Of a stretch of DNA of 64,000 nt, positions 26,601-41,600 are shown piece by piece. The notes beneath the pieces are model-generated. The model saw only the letters and a program-made list of their open reading frames with translations, had not been told where the DNA came from and ran no database searches. Position 1 is the stretch's first letter; each line of letters begins with the position of its first letter. The stretch lies in assembly GCF_006345805.1 (NCBI RefSeq), contig NC_043007.1, positions 31,620,001-31,684,000 on the forward strand, written 5' to 3'. Made by a program: the position numbers and the translations under genes. This DNA is from Octopus sinensis (taxonomy: Eukaryota).

Positions 26601-29600
26601 CCATTCAGACATAATTAAGTTCCTATTGATCTAATTTTCTTCTGGCTTCAGTCTTTTTGGATTGTGACCATTTTGGGAGACTGTCTTCAAGGTTGATTAT
26701 ATTGAGAGACCAGTACTCTGTATGGTACTTACTCTATTACATAAGGAACAAATGGTTAAGTCCACTTATTCAAAATACTAATTAGATATTCTTTATATAT
26801 AATCCTTATGGCTGTGTCTATAGTTATGATACATTGCCATTAAACCTTGACTCTTACAAGGTGACTTTACTACATTGGTTGGTCTCATTTTGTATTTAAC
26901 CAAATGGCTTTAAGCTTACTTGTTTTTGTTGCTATGTGAAGATGTTCTCATCCATTCAGTGGAAGTCTTTTGTTGTTTTTAACCTCCAGGAATTCAACAT
27001 AATTTTGGTTTTGCATTTCTTTGCAATTTTAGCTATTAGACATTTTTAACCTTGAATTTACCAAGACCTTTTCGTTTGTTATCATTTTACTACATTTGGG
27101 TAATAATGCTTAATTATATTTTTTCTCTGTTTTTTTCAGCCTCGGCCAACAAAAGGGAAAATGAGGATTCATTGCCTGGAAAATGTAGATAAAGCATTGA
27201 CATTCCTGCATGAACAAAAAGTCCATCTTGAAAACATGGGTGCTCATGACATAGTTGATGGCAGTGCTAGACTTACTCTTGGTCTTATATGGACCATTAT
27301 TCTTCGCTTCCAGGTTGGTAAACCTACATCTTTTATGTATCTATTTTAATTACAAAGTATTCTTTTTCTATTTTGTAATTTTTAATTGTTGACTTATATA
27401 AAAGTAATTATTTTTTGACTTTGTTTGATTAACGCCTTTTTGGTTTCCTGTTTTTCAGATCCAAGATATCATTGAAGAGACAGAAAATAGTGAAACCAAA
27501 TCTGCTAAAGACGCACTCTTGCTTTGGTGCCAGATGAAAACTGCTGGCTACCCTAATGTCAATGTCAGAAATTTCACTACCAGCTGGAGAGATGGTTTAG
27601 CTTTTAATGCCATCATTCACAAACACAGGTAACTAGAAGTTTGAACTCCTAAATGTTAAAGAAAATAGGTTCAGTTCTTTTTGCTAAGTTGTTGATGGGT
27701 GTCCCTCTGGAAATGAATGTTATTTATGCCAAGTAAAAGTAATGTTTAAAAAACAAAAAGTGTAACAGTGGTCGTTGAGTGGCTGAGGGGGAGAGAAAGG
27801 ATGTCAGAAAGCTCAGGGAGAGGGGGAAGGAGGACGAGTGGTGCAGCAACATTGACCATCAAGGGTGACAGAAACATCAGGCCCAGAGTCACAACGTTTG
27901 ACTCAACAAAGTTCATACTGTTGTGCAAGACTACCTACATCAGTGCATAGCGGCCCACTCCCCTGAAAGCTTTAGTGTAAGTGAAAGGGGCTGAAGCAGC
28001 TAAAGAGCAGCTTCTCCTGCATTCAGAGACGGAGTACCCTCAGCAAAACAAGCGTCCATCCTAAATAGCAGATAAATTGCTAGTTCAAATCATTAGCATA
28101 AATGACTAAGTCTCTGCATACTTTTCTCTATCAAAAGTTTTACTATCTACAAAACACTGCTTATAAATATCTTATTTTTCTGTTTCTCTACGAGACCTTC
28201 TCTAATGTTTCTCTGTATTGTTCTTTCTTCCAGATCTGACCTTATCCAATATGACAGACTTCAGAAATCTAATGCCATGCATAATCTCAACAATGCGTTT
28301 ACTGTCGCTGAAGAAAAGCTTGGCATCACTAAGCTTTTGGATCCTGAAGGTTTGTTCTTCTAATGTCTTGTGCACCAAATCAAACTGAGCCCCTAAATGA
28401 TTTCATGACTACTTACAATAGTAATGGATAATTTACAAAGATTTTATAAGTATAAAATCGATTAAATAAGATTATGAATGCATATATTATTCATAATGAG
28501 ATATCTGAGGTTGATCGTGAATATCACGTACGAAGGCAGTCAGTAACAATCTTGTAGACAAAGCCTAATAATGGAAGTAATACTGGTGCCGTGAAACCTG
28601 AAAGGTTGGGCCTGGCCGGAGAATGGGGGAAGCTTTATTGCTATGTATTGTTTGTCCTAATAGAAGCATAACTAGGGTACATTAATTTCATTGGGCCTAG
28701 TATTTTTTTTGTTTCAATGTTGCACTGGTTGTAATATTTCATTAAATAATAAATACTCTGTGTAACTTTGATTTTTGTTATCCAAATTAAATGCTACAAA
28801 TTATATTGAAAACGACACAAAGTAAACATAGAAACATAATCAACTGATGTGGTTGAGCAGTTAAGCTGTTAAAATCAATACCAGCATTATTATACTGCAG
28901 TGGTATTTAGAGTATCATCCTACAAAAAACTAATCCAATTATATTTGTTTATATATTTTCACTTATATAGAATGTATATAGATACATTTATTGATTCCTG
29001 TTTTTAAATAAAATTTATTCTATAAAAGTTTTATGTAGAAATTTTAGAAGCTCAAAATAAAAATAATTCCATATTTGAGCATTTTTTTTTTTTGTCTTTT
29101 TAAGAATTGAGATATGTTAAGTGGTCTGAGTTAATTAAATATTTGAGATAATATATCATTACATATTTATATTGATTTATTTTGGCTAGTATGCTTATCT
29201 TCATTGTTATAGCCATGTTTCCTACCATTGTACCCTCTGACTTTTCTTTGAGAGAATCAGCAATGCTGGACTCAAAGAACTTCTTCAGTAGACCTAGCAT
29301 AGATATGAAACGCTATATGGAAGCATTTAAGAAAGAATTTTGAGCCAAAGACAAGGGGTTTAATACGAGGATTAAAAGACTAAAAAAATTCTTGAAATCT
29401 GTTTAATACATGTAACCTGAAAAACTGACTGTAAATTTTAATTTACAATATTTACTCATGAATAAGTTGCACTGTTCTGTACTTGATTTTAACTGAAAAA
29501 TCTGGATTGTTAACGTATACACAGGGCAAAGCTAAAACTATGAAGAGGGAAAATTTTGTACTAAGATTTAACTCTAAAATTAGGGGTGCCACATGAGGAA

Positions 29601-32600
29601 ATGTTTTGTAGGGGTTTTTTCCCCCCTTTTTTTTGTAGAATGTGTGCCTACTCATTGAAAATCCTCCGATTTTTGAGGTGCAGCATTTTAGTATTCCAAA
29701 TATTTTAGCCATGAATTATTTTCTTAAATGCTACTGCTACTGATGATGATGATGATGATCTTATTGTCTACAGTGCTCAGGTGCATTATAGCTGACTTCA
29801 GTAATGAAACTGACCAGGACTTTTCATTACAAAATTGAATCCTTGTAAACATTACTTTAAAACATACATACATATATAGTAATCTGTGTTGACTTTTGAA
29901 CAGATATATTTTTTCCTGTTAGTAATTTTCTTTCTTTTCTTCACTTTCAGATGTCAATGTTGAGATTCCTGATGAGAAGTCCATCATTACATACGTAGTC
30001 ACCTACTACCATTACTTCTCGAAAATGAAGGCTGAATCTGTTCAAGGCAAGAGAATTGGCAGAGTAAGTAGAAGCATGGAACACAAACATTCATATTGAC
30101 TATTTATGATACACAAAGTAAAGCACTCTGTAACTATGTTGGTCTTTAATGGAACAGTCACTGTAGATAATAAAGTAATAAAGCTGTAGCATTTTGTTTT
30201 TCAAAACAAAACAGGAGGATTTTAACTTTTGCTGGTTCAATCAGCTTAGATGTCACCAGGAGCAGCTCACATTAAATCAGTCCACAAACACTGATTAAGG
30301 CTTCTTTAGTTAGTTAGCAGTCCTGGGTTCAAGTCCCTTGAAGTACCCCCTGGAAAGCATTCAATATTTGGCTTCAGATCAATCTCCAAAGCTCTTTATT
30401 AATGTTACCAGTGGCTCTGGTTCTAATTTGTATTGCATGTAATGGCTAAATAATAATATTCCACAGTATGTCTATCCTACATCAAATTCTATGGGCACAC
30501 CACAATGTAGCTACATTCAGTAATTGAGAAATTTCACATCAACTGGGATTTCTCTTTCATAACGATACCAGTTTCTGTAAAAAGGCAAAATGTGGATCAA
30601 TAATACATCACCGAAACCTACTTGATTTAAACTAGATGTAATCTCTTTCATTTCCCAGTTTACACCATTTATTTCTGATTTGTTCAATGGAACCTTCCAG
30701 TTTTTAAACCTAACTGTGAATTTAAATTCCATGGTCATTCCAGTAATGTTAAATATGTGCTAAAAAAAAAATAGAATTAATTTTTCTGCAAGTCATGTTG
30801 CCTCAAGAAATTTTGAGATATCTTTAAAAAATGGATGGTTACGGATATAGAACTGCTTTCCATGTTTAAGAGTAATGGAATTTGGGATAGATGTATCTGA
30901 TTTCCACAGTAAAGTAGTTAAAAAGATAATTGAAACATACACACAATTATTATTGTTATTATTATACAGATGATTCTCAACTTGACATTATATACGCATA
31001 TAAATATAAAATTTTACTTTCAGGTCATTGACAATGCCATTGATACAGAAAAAATGATTGAAGAATATGAAACCTTAACATCTGACCTCTTGGAATGGAT
31101 TGAACAGACAATAGTTATTTTGAATGACCGAAAATTCGCCAACTCTTTAACTGGCGTGCAGGAGCAATTGACAGGCTTTAACACCTACAGAACTGTCGAA
31201 AAACCACCAAAGTAAGTCCCCAGACTACAATGTACATAGTTATACAGTTGTATATTTTGATTTTTTTTAAAGTTATCTTTTATTTCATTTAGTTAAATAT
31301 TTCCATTTTTTACTTCTATTATTTATTCACACTTATACCATGGAAGATACTTACATATTAATTATTCAGAAACGCACAAAAACTGCAATCTGCATTTGAG
31401 CTGGTATGTCTTTGAATGGCTACGTGTATCTTCCACACTAATTATTTTAGTTTCAACACAGATCAAATCGTTTGTCAGACAAGTACGTCTCTGAAATATT
31501 ATTCCACTTCAGAAGTTTCATATTCCATTTCAATTTGTCCTGTCCTTCATTTAACCATCAATATTTATAGAGAAATTATTGCACAAAAAATATATCAACT
31601 CTTAGAGTCAAAACTATTGAAAAGGTTGCAAGACGCAACGAAAATTTTAGGACAATAAAAATAGGAAATAAGTGGAAATTTCACCGGTGATTGTGTTACA
31701 TAAGGCGGCACAAAAAGAAAATGACTCTCCTCAGACACGACAGAAAATGCTTCAACACACGAACTCATATAAAGAATCTTGCAAACCAAATCCAAAAACA
31801 AAATGTATATCAATTGTTATATTTTTCCCCTTTAAGAATGATTAGAAGTACAGGGAGATAACTGCTGCTATTAGAATTTTCATATGAGGTTTTTTTTGGT
31901 GTGGTGGTGGTGGGGGAATCTATATTATCTTTTAAGTTTTTAAACTCAGTATTTTAGTGAGAATCAGTCCATTGCATCATTAGGTTGCTACTCGGTTCTC
32001 AATGATTTAAGATCAATGAAAGAATAATTTCTGCCCCAACTTTCATGAAACCTGATTCTCAACTTGGCTGTGAAAACTACATTTCTTTCTTATTTATTGT
32101 TTTTGGTTGATTTTTAATGGAAAAGTTTTTAATTTTTAATAATGGATTTTAATTATAGATACCTAGTAAACTTAATTTAAATTTCATGAGTAATTTATTT
32201 ATTTTTTGTTGGTGGTGGTTGAGGGGCAGTGCTTTTTGAGATAAATAAATAACAAAAAAATTTTGCTCTTTTTCAGATTTGTGGAGAAAGGAAACCTTGA
32301 GGTCCTCCTATTCACACTCCAAAGTAAGATGAGGGCAAACAACCAAAGACCCTATTTACCCAGAGAAGGAAAACTGATATCTGACATCAACAAAGCTTGG
32401 GACAAACTTGAGAAAGCTGAACATGAACGAGAACTGGCTCTGCGTGAAGAACTGATCCGGTGAGTCGACCTTTTTTTTTTACCTGCTTAATGGGAAATAA
32501 TTTTGGAATTAGGCATTTAGAGACCAGTCTCGTCAAATTACAAATTCTTGGAACATTTGGTTTCACCACTGAATGCACTTTTAATTGCTCACCATCGTAA

Positions 32601-35600
32601 GGAATAATGATGGCCAATGAGTTTGCGATGGTGAAATAGTCAGAATATTGACCGTTGTCTAAGGAGTAAAATTAATGGTTTTCTTAGACCAATCTTGGCA
32701 CATTAATACTGTAGCTTCATCTTATAGCATCTGTTATGTAATTTCTTTTCTGTCTGCAACAAATATTTCAAAACAAAGTTTAAAAACAAAAATAGAGAAT
32801 TGTAAAAATTTCACTTATTATATCATCAATTGGGGATTTATATTTATGTGGATGACGCATGAAGCAGTGGTGTAAAATATGTTTGGGACAAGGAAGTCAG
32901 TCCTTCCAGTCAGTTTAGAGTTGCCCCACTGGGTATCTGATACTGAAGAGAGCAGAAATGCTTGCAGTGCACCCACCACTCCATATTCTGAACTGACTTC
33001 AGTGTGTTTGCACACTTAAAACAAGAATTTTTCTCCATAGCAGACCAATCAAAAAGCCTTTTTACAAGTCAGCTATGTCCCGAATATATTCAGTCTGTTC
33101 CAAAGTTTGTTTAATTTGAATTTATTTTAAATCAGATATTTATTTCCAATATTTCTTTATATTGTTAAAACGTAAAATTTATTGTTGTTGTTATTGTACT
33201 TAAACAGTTATATTCTCATTTTGTAATTGTTTTACAGACAAGAAAAACTTGAGCAATTGGCTGCCCGATTCAATCGTAAGGCTGGCATGCGAGAAGTTTG
33301 GCTCAGTGAGAACCAACGGTTGGTATCTCAGGACAATTTCGGCCATGACCTTGCTGCTGTCGAGGCTGCTACCAAGAAACATGAAGCAATTGAGACTGAC
33401 ATTAACGCATATGAAGAACGCGTCCAAGCAGTTATTGCTGTGTCAAATGAATTGCAACAGGAAAATTACCATGACATCAATAGAATTGCGGCAAGGTAAT
33501 TCATGATTTTTTATTGGGACTTTACTTTCCTAGAGAATTTTAAAGGTTTCTATCTTGTTAAGACAATAGTCTGAAATTATAATTCAATAAGATTTATCTA
33601 GAATGTGTACAATTAAATATAGCTAAAACCTAATTTGTTATTTGTTTTTCAGAAAAGACAATGTTCTGAGTCTGTGGAACTATCTTTTGGAATTACTACG
33701 AGCACGTCGTATGAGACTTGAACTTTCTCTGAACTTACAGAAGATCTTCCAAGAGATGCTTTACATTCTTGATTGGATGGAAGAAATTAAGGTAAATACA
33801 CTCACGAAATCCAATCAACACTACATTATCTTTTAAAGGCTTCAAGAGTTTCATTGAAAACTATAAATTGTAGGTTGACAGTAAGGTGCCATCTCGTATT
33901 TTGCTTCTTGGTTATTGGGCCAGTATTTATTGCTTTAGTTCCGTTATCCATTTTCAATCCACTGCTGGTTGTAGGCCAGCCTATCCCCCACTGGCCAATT
34001 GTAAGTTGGATAGTGTGTTCATGTGGTCAAGTGATTATCATTAGCCATCAGCACGTAACTGGAATGTGAACTCATGATGCAAGGAATCGTAATATGTACC
34101 ACAAAGCATTTCATCCAAACCAACAATTTCGTTAATTTTCCACCTTGGGGTGCTCCTGCGTTCATCAATCTTGAATGGGTGAAAGGAAAAGTTGACTAAA
34201 GTGGGATTTGAACAAATACCACAAGGTATTTTCTGTTTTGATATTCTAACAACTTGGCCGACTCACTGACTTATTTATATTAGTTATGTCATGAGCCCCA
34301 GGACTCATAAAGCCAGAGCTTAACTCAGTTTCCATGGAATATGTTACTGAGATTATACCAAGCCAAACAGGATACCAGTCCATTTAAGTTCTCAGCTATT
34401 GTTGGAGTGAACTGGAGTAATGTGAAATGAAGTGTTTTGCACTGGGAATCGAAACCACAATCTTAGGATCACAAGTACAAGACCCTTACCACTAAACCAC
34501 ATACTATCCTATTTATAATTAGTATTTTATTTTGATTCTTAGTTTGGAAATGTTTTTTTTTATCCGTTTTCACTTGAAAATGATTTTTGCTAATTTATTA
34601 CTGATTTCTTTTGCTAGGCCCGACTTATGTCTTCAGACTATGGTAAACATCTGATGGGAGTCGAAGACTTGTTGCAAAAGCACAGTTTGTTGGAGGCTGA
34701 CATTAATGTAGTCGGAGACAGAGTCAAGACTGTAAATTCCCAGGCTCAGAGATTTGCTGAAGGTGACTTCGTAGATGTTGGAGGTAGGAACATAACCTTT
34801 GTAAATAAAGTACCCTCATCATCATCACTATTTAACATTCACTTTTCCATGCTTGCATGAGTCATACAAAACGTTGTTGAGGCAGATTTTCTATGGCCAG
34901 GGGCCCTTCCTCTGACCAGACAAGCTTTTTTACAGAAGACTGGAAAATAAGAATGTCGCATCTCTTATGACATTGATGCTTGTTTACAACTAAAAGAGTA
35001 CTCACACATACACACACACACACAACAGGCTTTTTCTAGTTTCTACCAAATCCACTCAGGGCTTTGGTTCCATTATTTAATTGATCTTTATGAATTATAC
35101 TAGAAAATATTTGCCTGAAGTTCCATATAAGGGGATTGAACCTGAGGCCACATGGTTAGGAAGCAAACTTCTCAACCACACGATCATGGCTTTACCTTAC
35201 GTGCATAAAATTAATCTTCCTGTATTTTCATTTTTAATAGTGTCTGTAGAGTCATAAGAGTTTCTACCCCTAAAGTGGGATTCAAATTTTTCCCTTAAAC
35301 ATTGAACTCAAAACTATTCTTCATTTGTTTTGACAGATTTCAATTATACTTCTTTAGAAATAATTATTTATAAAATGAAGAAAATTCTACCTGAGAATTA
35401 ATCCAAATTTAACTTATATAAAGCCAAATAGTTTGATGAAGGGAGAACCCAAAAGACATCAATTCAGACCCTGAAAAAAGCATCATACGTCTCTGAAAAA
35501 ATACACCATTTGAATGAAGTAGTATTTTTTTTTTCCACATTGAATATCTGTCTGTAAATAGAACCCTTAAATAAATCTGCGAAAACCTTATTTGCATTTC

Positions 35601-38600
35601 TTCTGAATGCATAGGTATGGATTAGTGAATAAAAAAACTGTTCACTAGAAAAACAAAAAGAAATGAAGCATTTTGTAACCTCAAATTTATTATTAAGGAA
35701 GGTTGCCAAGTCAGACAAGAGAGAAATAGGTTTGCATTACATTTGGTCATGGGCTGCTAGTTTTGTAATCAACTTTACCTGAGTGAGGGAATAAGTACCT
35801 GTAATACAACAGAAACTACGATCAAACCAAAACCATGGTTATACCAAACATTCTATAAAAAAAAATGTTGAAGGCAAAATTAAAATTGAATATGGATAAA
35901 ATTTAAGCATAAAATTTGTTAGCATTTTATTAAAAATTTTATTGTAAAAATATTTAATAATAGGACAATAGATTAGAGGTAGTCTGTCAGTTAATGTTTT
36001 GCAGTTGATTCTTTGTTTCTTTATTGAAAAAGTTGTAAAGTTTTATATTAGAAAGGTAATTTATGATTTGTTTTTTCTTTGTGATTTCAGCGGAGTACAG
36101 GCCCTGCAAACCAGAAGTTATTGTGGAAAGAATGTCAACACTTGAGACAGCTTTCACTGAACTTAAACAACTATCAGCTGAACGCAGGGCTCGCCTTGAA
36201 GAGTCACGTAAATTATGGCAGTTCTACTGGGATATGGCAGACGAGGAAGGTTGGGTGAAAGAGAAAGAGCAGTTGATGTCATCTCCTGATCTGGGACATG
36301 ATTTAACTAGTGTACACCTCCTACTGAACAAACATAAAGTAAGTCTAGAAGATCATATATATATAATAGTATTTATTTGTATATATATATGTACACACAC
36401 ACACTAACAATTCGGGATTTGAGATTTTATCTTTTTCATTGAATTTAAAAAGAATATTTTCTTAATGTTTCTTTACCGTTTCTTTAAGGCACTGGAAGAT
36501 GAAATGACAGCCAGACACTCACACTTGCAGTCAGTCATCCAAGTTGGCAATGATCTCATTTCTGCCGGAAATTTCGGTGCAGACAAGATCCAAGAACGCA
36601 TAGATGAGATTAACCAGCAGTGGGAGAGTTTGATTGACCTGGCAGCATATCGCAAACGCAGACTCAATGAGGCTGTTGATTACTATCAGGTAAATACATC
36701 AAAGCATTCGTAATATTTTACCTTTGTAATCAAATTACCTTTTCACAGCTTTATACAGCTCAGTTCTCTATGAAATCTTGTTTTACCTTAGTACAACAAT
36801 AGGGATTCATAGATATCATTCATTAAACTTAATTATTTTTCTCTTGTTGTTGTTGTTAGCATTAAGTTGGTAATTAGATATTAGAGAAACGTTAATGAAG
36901 CAGTAAGATGTAATAATTGTATAAGAAGTTTTAAAAAGCGGAGATGCAGCTGGACAAATTTCTGCAGATAGACTCTTTGTTTGGAAGCAAATTTAGTGTT
37001 AAGTCCAAAATATATTCTTTGGTTCCATTATTTAATTGATCTTTATGAATTATAGTTTTACAATATTTAATAAAATATAGGTCTCTGTTCTAAAATGCTT
37101 AGTTACAACTTAGTCACTAAATGCAATTCACCTGTTGTAATCCAAATGTTTTAATGAGATAAAATCATACTTGCCTGAATTAATATATTGTAACTTTCAC
37201 TGTGATGTTTATATGTTCAATGTTCTCTGAAGAATGGAGATTTTTAAAAACTCTTTTTCTTTCTCTTTCTCTACTCAGTTCTTTGCTGATGCTGATGACA
37301 TTGACATCTGGATGTTGGATACTTTCCGTATCGTGTCCAGTGAAGATGTCGGACGTGATGAGGCCAGCGTACAATCTCTGCTTAAGAAACACAAGGTAAA
37401 AATTGAACCTCCTCGTTATATCTCTCTCTTCCTCTCTACTTAATCATTTAATGTTACGTAGATATATTTGGTGCTACAGCTTACAAGTTAAACTTATATT
37501 TTTTGGTAACTAATGGAAGATTTAGTACAGAACATCTGTCAATAGTTTTAAATGAAGTGTGAATGCAAATTGAAATTACTCTTACAATAGAGAATCAAAG
37601 AATGAGTAATTAGTGGAACCCAAATTAAAACACCCTAATTAAGGTCTTGGTTCATTGCACTTCTTATGATAGATATTTCAGTTTTGATTTATTTCGTCTA
37701 AACACCTATGTTGTCAATATAATTCATACTAATTAATTGTTACCGTTTGTTTGCAGGATGTTACAGATGAGCTCAAAAACTACCAGAGTGTCATTGAAAG
37801 TCTCCATGAGCAAGCAACTAACCTTGGAGAACAAGTAAGTATCCAGAATATACCAGAAACTACATCACTTTTCCTGTTCATGTCTTGAATAATTATAAAT
37901 CAGAATTGGGAAACACAACCAGTATAGTATATTGGGCAGCTTGTTCCACAGCACCAACTGTGTCTGGATTTAATATACCTCACTCAGTTCATACTATATA
38001 TACTGAAACTCTGAAGGTATGATCAGGGTGGGTTGGTATCATGCGATGCAGCAAATGCAAACACAATCCCTTAAAAACCTGAAATTTGATATTTTATTGA
38101 AATGGAAAACTTAATTCTGTTGTCATCAATGAAATTAAATTCTCACATCACTTGTTCAGTTTTCCTCGTATTTATGTATAACTCTCTACATCTTATCCCT
38201 TCTACATCTACAAGCCTACCCATGTGTAGATCCTTTGTAGTATAGAGGCTTAGAATATGATTCCGTTGTCAAAATCTGGAACTTCTAAAGTCATCCAACC
38301 CATTCTAGCATAGAAATGTGACATAAAATAATAATTATGTAAAATTATGTTTGTAAAATTTATTAAAATTCTAAAAATAGTTTTAAAAATAAAAATTTCA
38401 AGTGTGACTTTTTGAAGTAGCCTGTACCAGTTAAATGTGTATTTTGAAGTTTTTTTTTCTTCTTTTACAACTTTGTCTCTTCTAATTAACAGGACCGAGA
38501 GTCTGATGACGTACAGAGTCGATTAGGTAGCATTGATCGCCGTTACCAAGAACTATTGGAGCTTGCCAAACTTCGCAAGCAACGGTTGCTTGATGCCCTC

Positions 38601-41600
38601 TCTCTCTATAAACTTTTCAATGAAGCAGATGGTGTGCAGACTTGGATTGATGAGAAGGTAAGTTCTTCTTTTTACTGAGCTATTAATTTCAAATGTTGTT
38701 TAAAAATATCTCTTGAATGAGAAAATATGTTACATCCCTAACATATAGTTACATTTTTGTAATAAATTGTCAAGGAGAATCTAGGAATTGTGATGCACCA
38801 CTTTAGTATTGCAAGACAGTAATAGTTTTATATGGTAGGAGAAATACTTGGGATAAATATTTTAATTTAGACCTTATAAGGTTGACCTTCACAGAATCTT
38901 TAGAACAGAATTGCTAAGATATTCTATTCCATATTCATTTAAACAGTAGCATCCTGTACTTTTTTTTCACCCAGTAAGAGACTTTAATTCATGGTTTACA
39001 AAAAGATGCTTCCTTATTCAAAGTGGTCATATAATTTAGAAATTTAGGTTAACATTTTTATTAGTTGTAATTCAGAAAATCTATTTCCCTTACAATTATT
39101 AGATATTTTCTTTTTTAGCATATTTTTAAATTAACTTTTAAAAGAAATGACTTGGTGACTAATTTTATATTGTAGTTTTGGTTGCAGTTAATTCTAGGGA
39201 ATATAACGATTATATTTTATTTTACAGGAGAAATTCCTTGCAACAATTGTTATTACGGATGATATCGAAGAACTTGCTATTGTTAAACATCGCTTTGAAA
39301 GTTTCGAACATGAAATGAACTCTACGGCATCCAAGGTTGCAGTGGTGAACCAGCTGGCTCGGCAGTTGCTCCAAGTTGAACATCCTAATGCTGCTGATGT
39401 CATTGCTCGACAGAATCAGCTGAACCAAGAATGGAACACCTTGAGGTCGCTGGTTGACCAGAAGAGGGAAGAAATACATTTAGCTCATGGGCTGCAGAAC
39501 TTCCACATTGAATGCAATGAGACGATTGTAAGTAACTTGACCCTCTCCACCAATTTTTATGATTATTTTTTGCATCTTTCATTTGCTGGATTAAAATGTA
39601 ATTCTTTTTTTAAATCTAAGACATTATCAAAAAACCAATATCTCAGACATTCTTAAAAGCAACCATTAAACCTTTGAACTTTCTGTTAAAGAAAAAGATT
39701 GATTTTTTTTCTATGTAATGTGCTACTTAGTTGCAAAATATATTATGGAATTTTTATTTTGTTTATTATTCTAGGGCTGGATAAACGAAAAGGTGAAAAT
39801 TATCGAATCAACTGAAGAACTTGGCAATGATTTAGCTGGTGTTATGACACTACAGAGACGGCTCAGTGGTATGGAACGAGACCTTGCTGCCATACAAGCC
39901 AAGGTAACTTATCTCTTTGACACTTTGTTTTCCATCTTTTGTCTTTTGTTTTGTGTATTTTATGGTGTGTTTTTTTCTCTTAACTGTTGCTGTTCATGTT
40001 AAATTTCTTTATGCTTCCAGGTTGAATCGTTGCAAGTGGAAGCAGATAGACTACAAGAAACCAAACCTGAAGAAGCCCAGGCTATTCGTGAAAAGATCAA
40101 TGACATCAACAATGTATGGATGGATCTCAAAGAAATGGTAATTATATATTTTGAGCCTAAGTTACATTTTTCTTTACAAGATCCCAAAAAGAAAGTATTT
40201 TTACCTCAAGCTATTGCTAAATTCAGATTCCATTTAAATGGAATTCAAATAACCTCCTCCCCCCACTTACATGCTTCTAACATTTATTATGGTAAATTAA
40301 TAAAAAAAAATGTAATGAGGTTTACTCAAATGTTTGGATATTAATTTAAGAAAATATCATATAAATTGTTTATAAATTTTTATAAATTGTTTATTTAACA
40401 GCTCAAAGATAGGGATGAAAAACTTGGTGAGGCCGGCGAATTGCAACGCTTCCTTGGTAACCTCGACCATTTCCAGCAATGGTTATCTCGTACTCAGACA
40501 ACTGTGGCATCAGAAGACATTCCCAACAATCTGGCTGATGCTGAGAAATTATTAAATCAACACCAACAGCTTAAAGATGAAATTGATGCTTATGCCCCAG
40601 AATATGCTAAGATGAAAGAGTTTGGTGATAAAGTCACTGAGGGCCAGGATGATCCCCAGTATATGTTTCTGCGACAGGTGCGTCTTCGGTTTTGCTTTGT
40701 TTTGTAAGAAATTCTTAATTGGCATAGATTTTTTTTTTCTTTTTTAACTAAGTAAGAAGGAGTTGGAAATTGTGATGTTTGTGTCTTTGAAGATATTGTT
40801 GGTGGGTATGAAACTAAAGCTTAATCATAGAATCAATTAGTTGATTAGCTTGCTAAAAGCATTGTTTTTGTTAAATAGGTTAAATAAAGAATACTTTCAA
40901 AATATATTGCAAATTGGTAAATTCAGTGAGGAATTTTAGCAAATTATTCTACTTAATATAGAAACAAGTTTTTGCTTCAATGTCAATACTAAATTTTGTT
41001 AACTTTGTTTTCTTTATAGCGTCTTCAAGCACTTGATGGCGGCTGGCAGGAATTGTTACAGATGTGGGAGAATAGACAGCAGCTTCTTTCTCAGAGTCTC
41101 AACTTGCAAGTAAGAATTCTGTTTATCTCATTGATCTTCAGGAACAGGGAATATTTGAATAGGAACTCTTTAATGCTCAAATACAAAAACTCATCAAAGA
41201 GGGCCTACCTTATCATGCTTATCTCGATTTCAAATGGAGATAAACATGACAGGGGAGCCTTAAGTATTGCATTGCATTTGTAGAAGTTCCATTAAATCAA
41301 TATCCAAAGCTGTAAAAACCATTTTATTTGATGGCAATTCTCTTCTCTCCAAAATAATTGTTGCAAAAAAAAAAAAAACCATCCTTGGTCCTATGTGCAA
41401 AACTAGACTTCCCATCAGCTTTAATGCACTTTAAACCTTTTTCTTTGAATATGCACTCCTGCAATTGGGGTGCATCAAACAAGCCTGTGTTCCTTTTCTT
41501 TCATCAAATACAGTAACTCTGATGAACCACATGCGTCCCCCCCCCCCCAATATGAAAGTCTGAATTTTTATGGCTTGAACTGATAAGGAAACGGGCTTCA

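Noticed and set aside
26990-27099. Extra exon after the strong acceptor aacctccAG
   Set aside because: In-frame stop, and the remaining intron to exon 3 would be only 40 nt.
41515-41570. CTGATGA...GAAA...CTGA as a snoRNA or hammerhead
   Set aside because: Too short for a C/D snoRNA, no terminal stem, and hammerhead stem II cannot pair.
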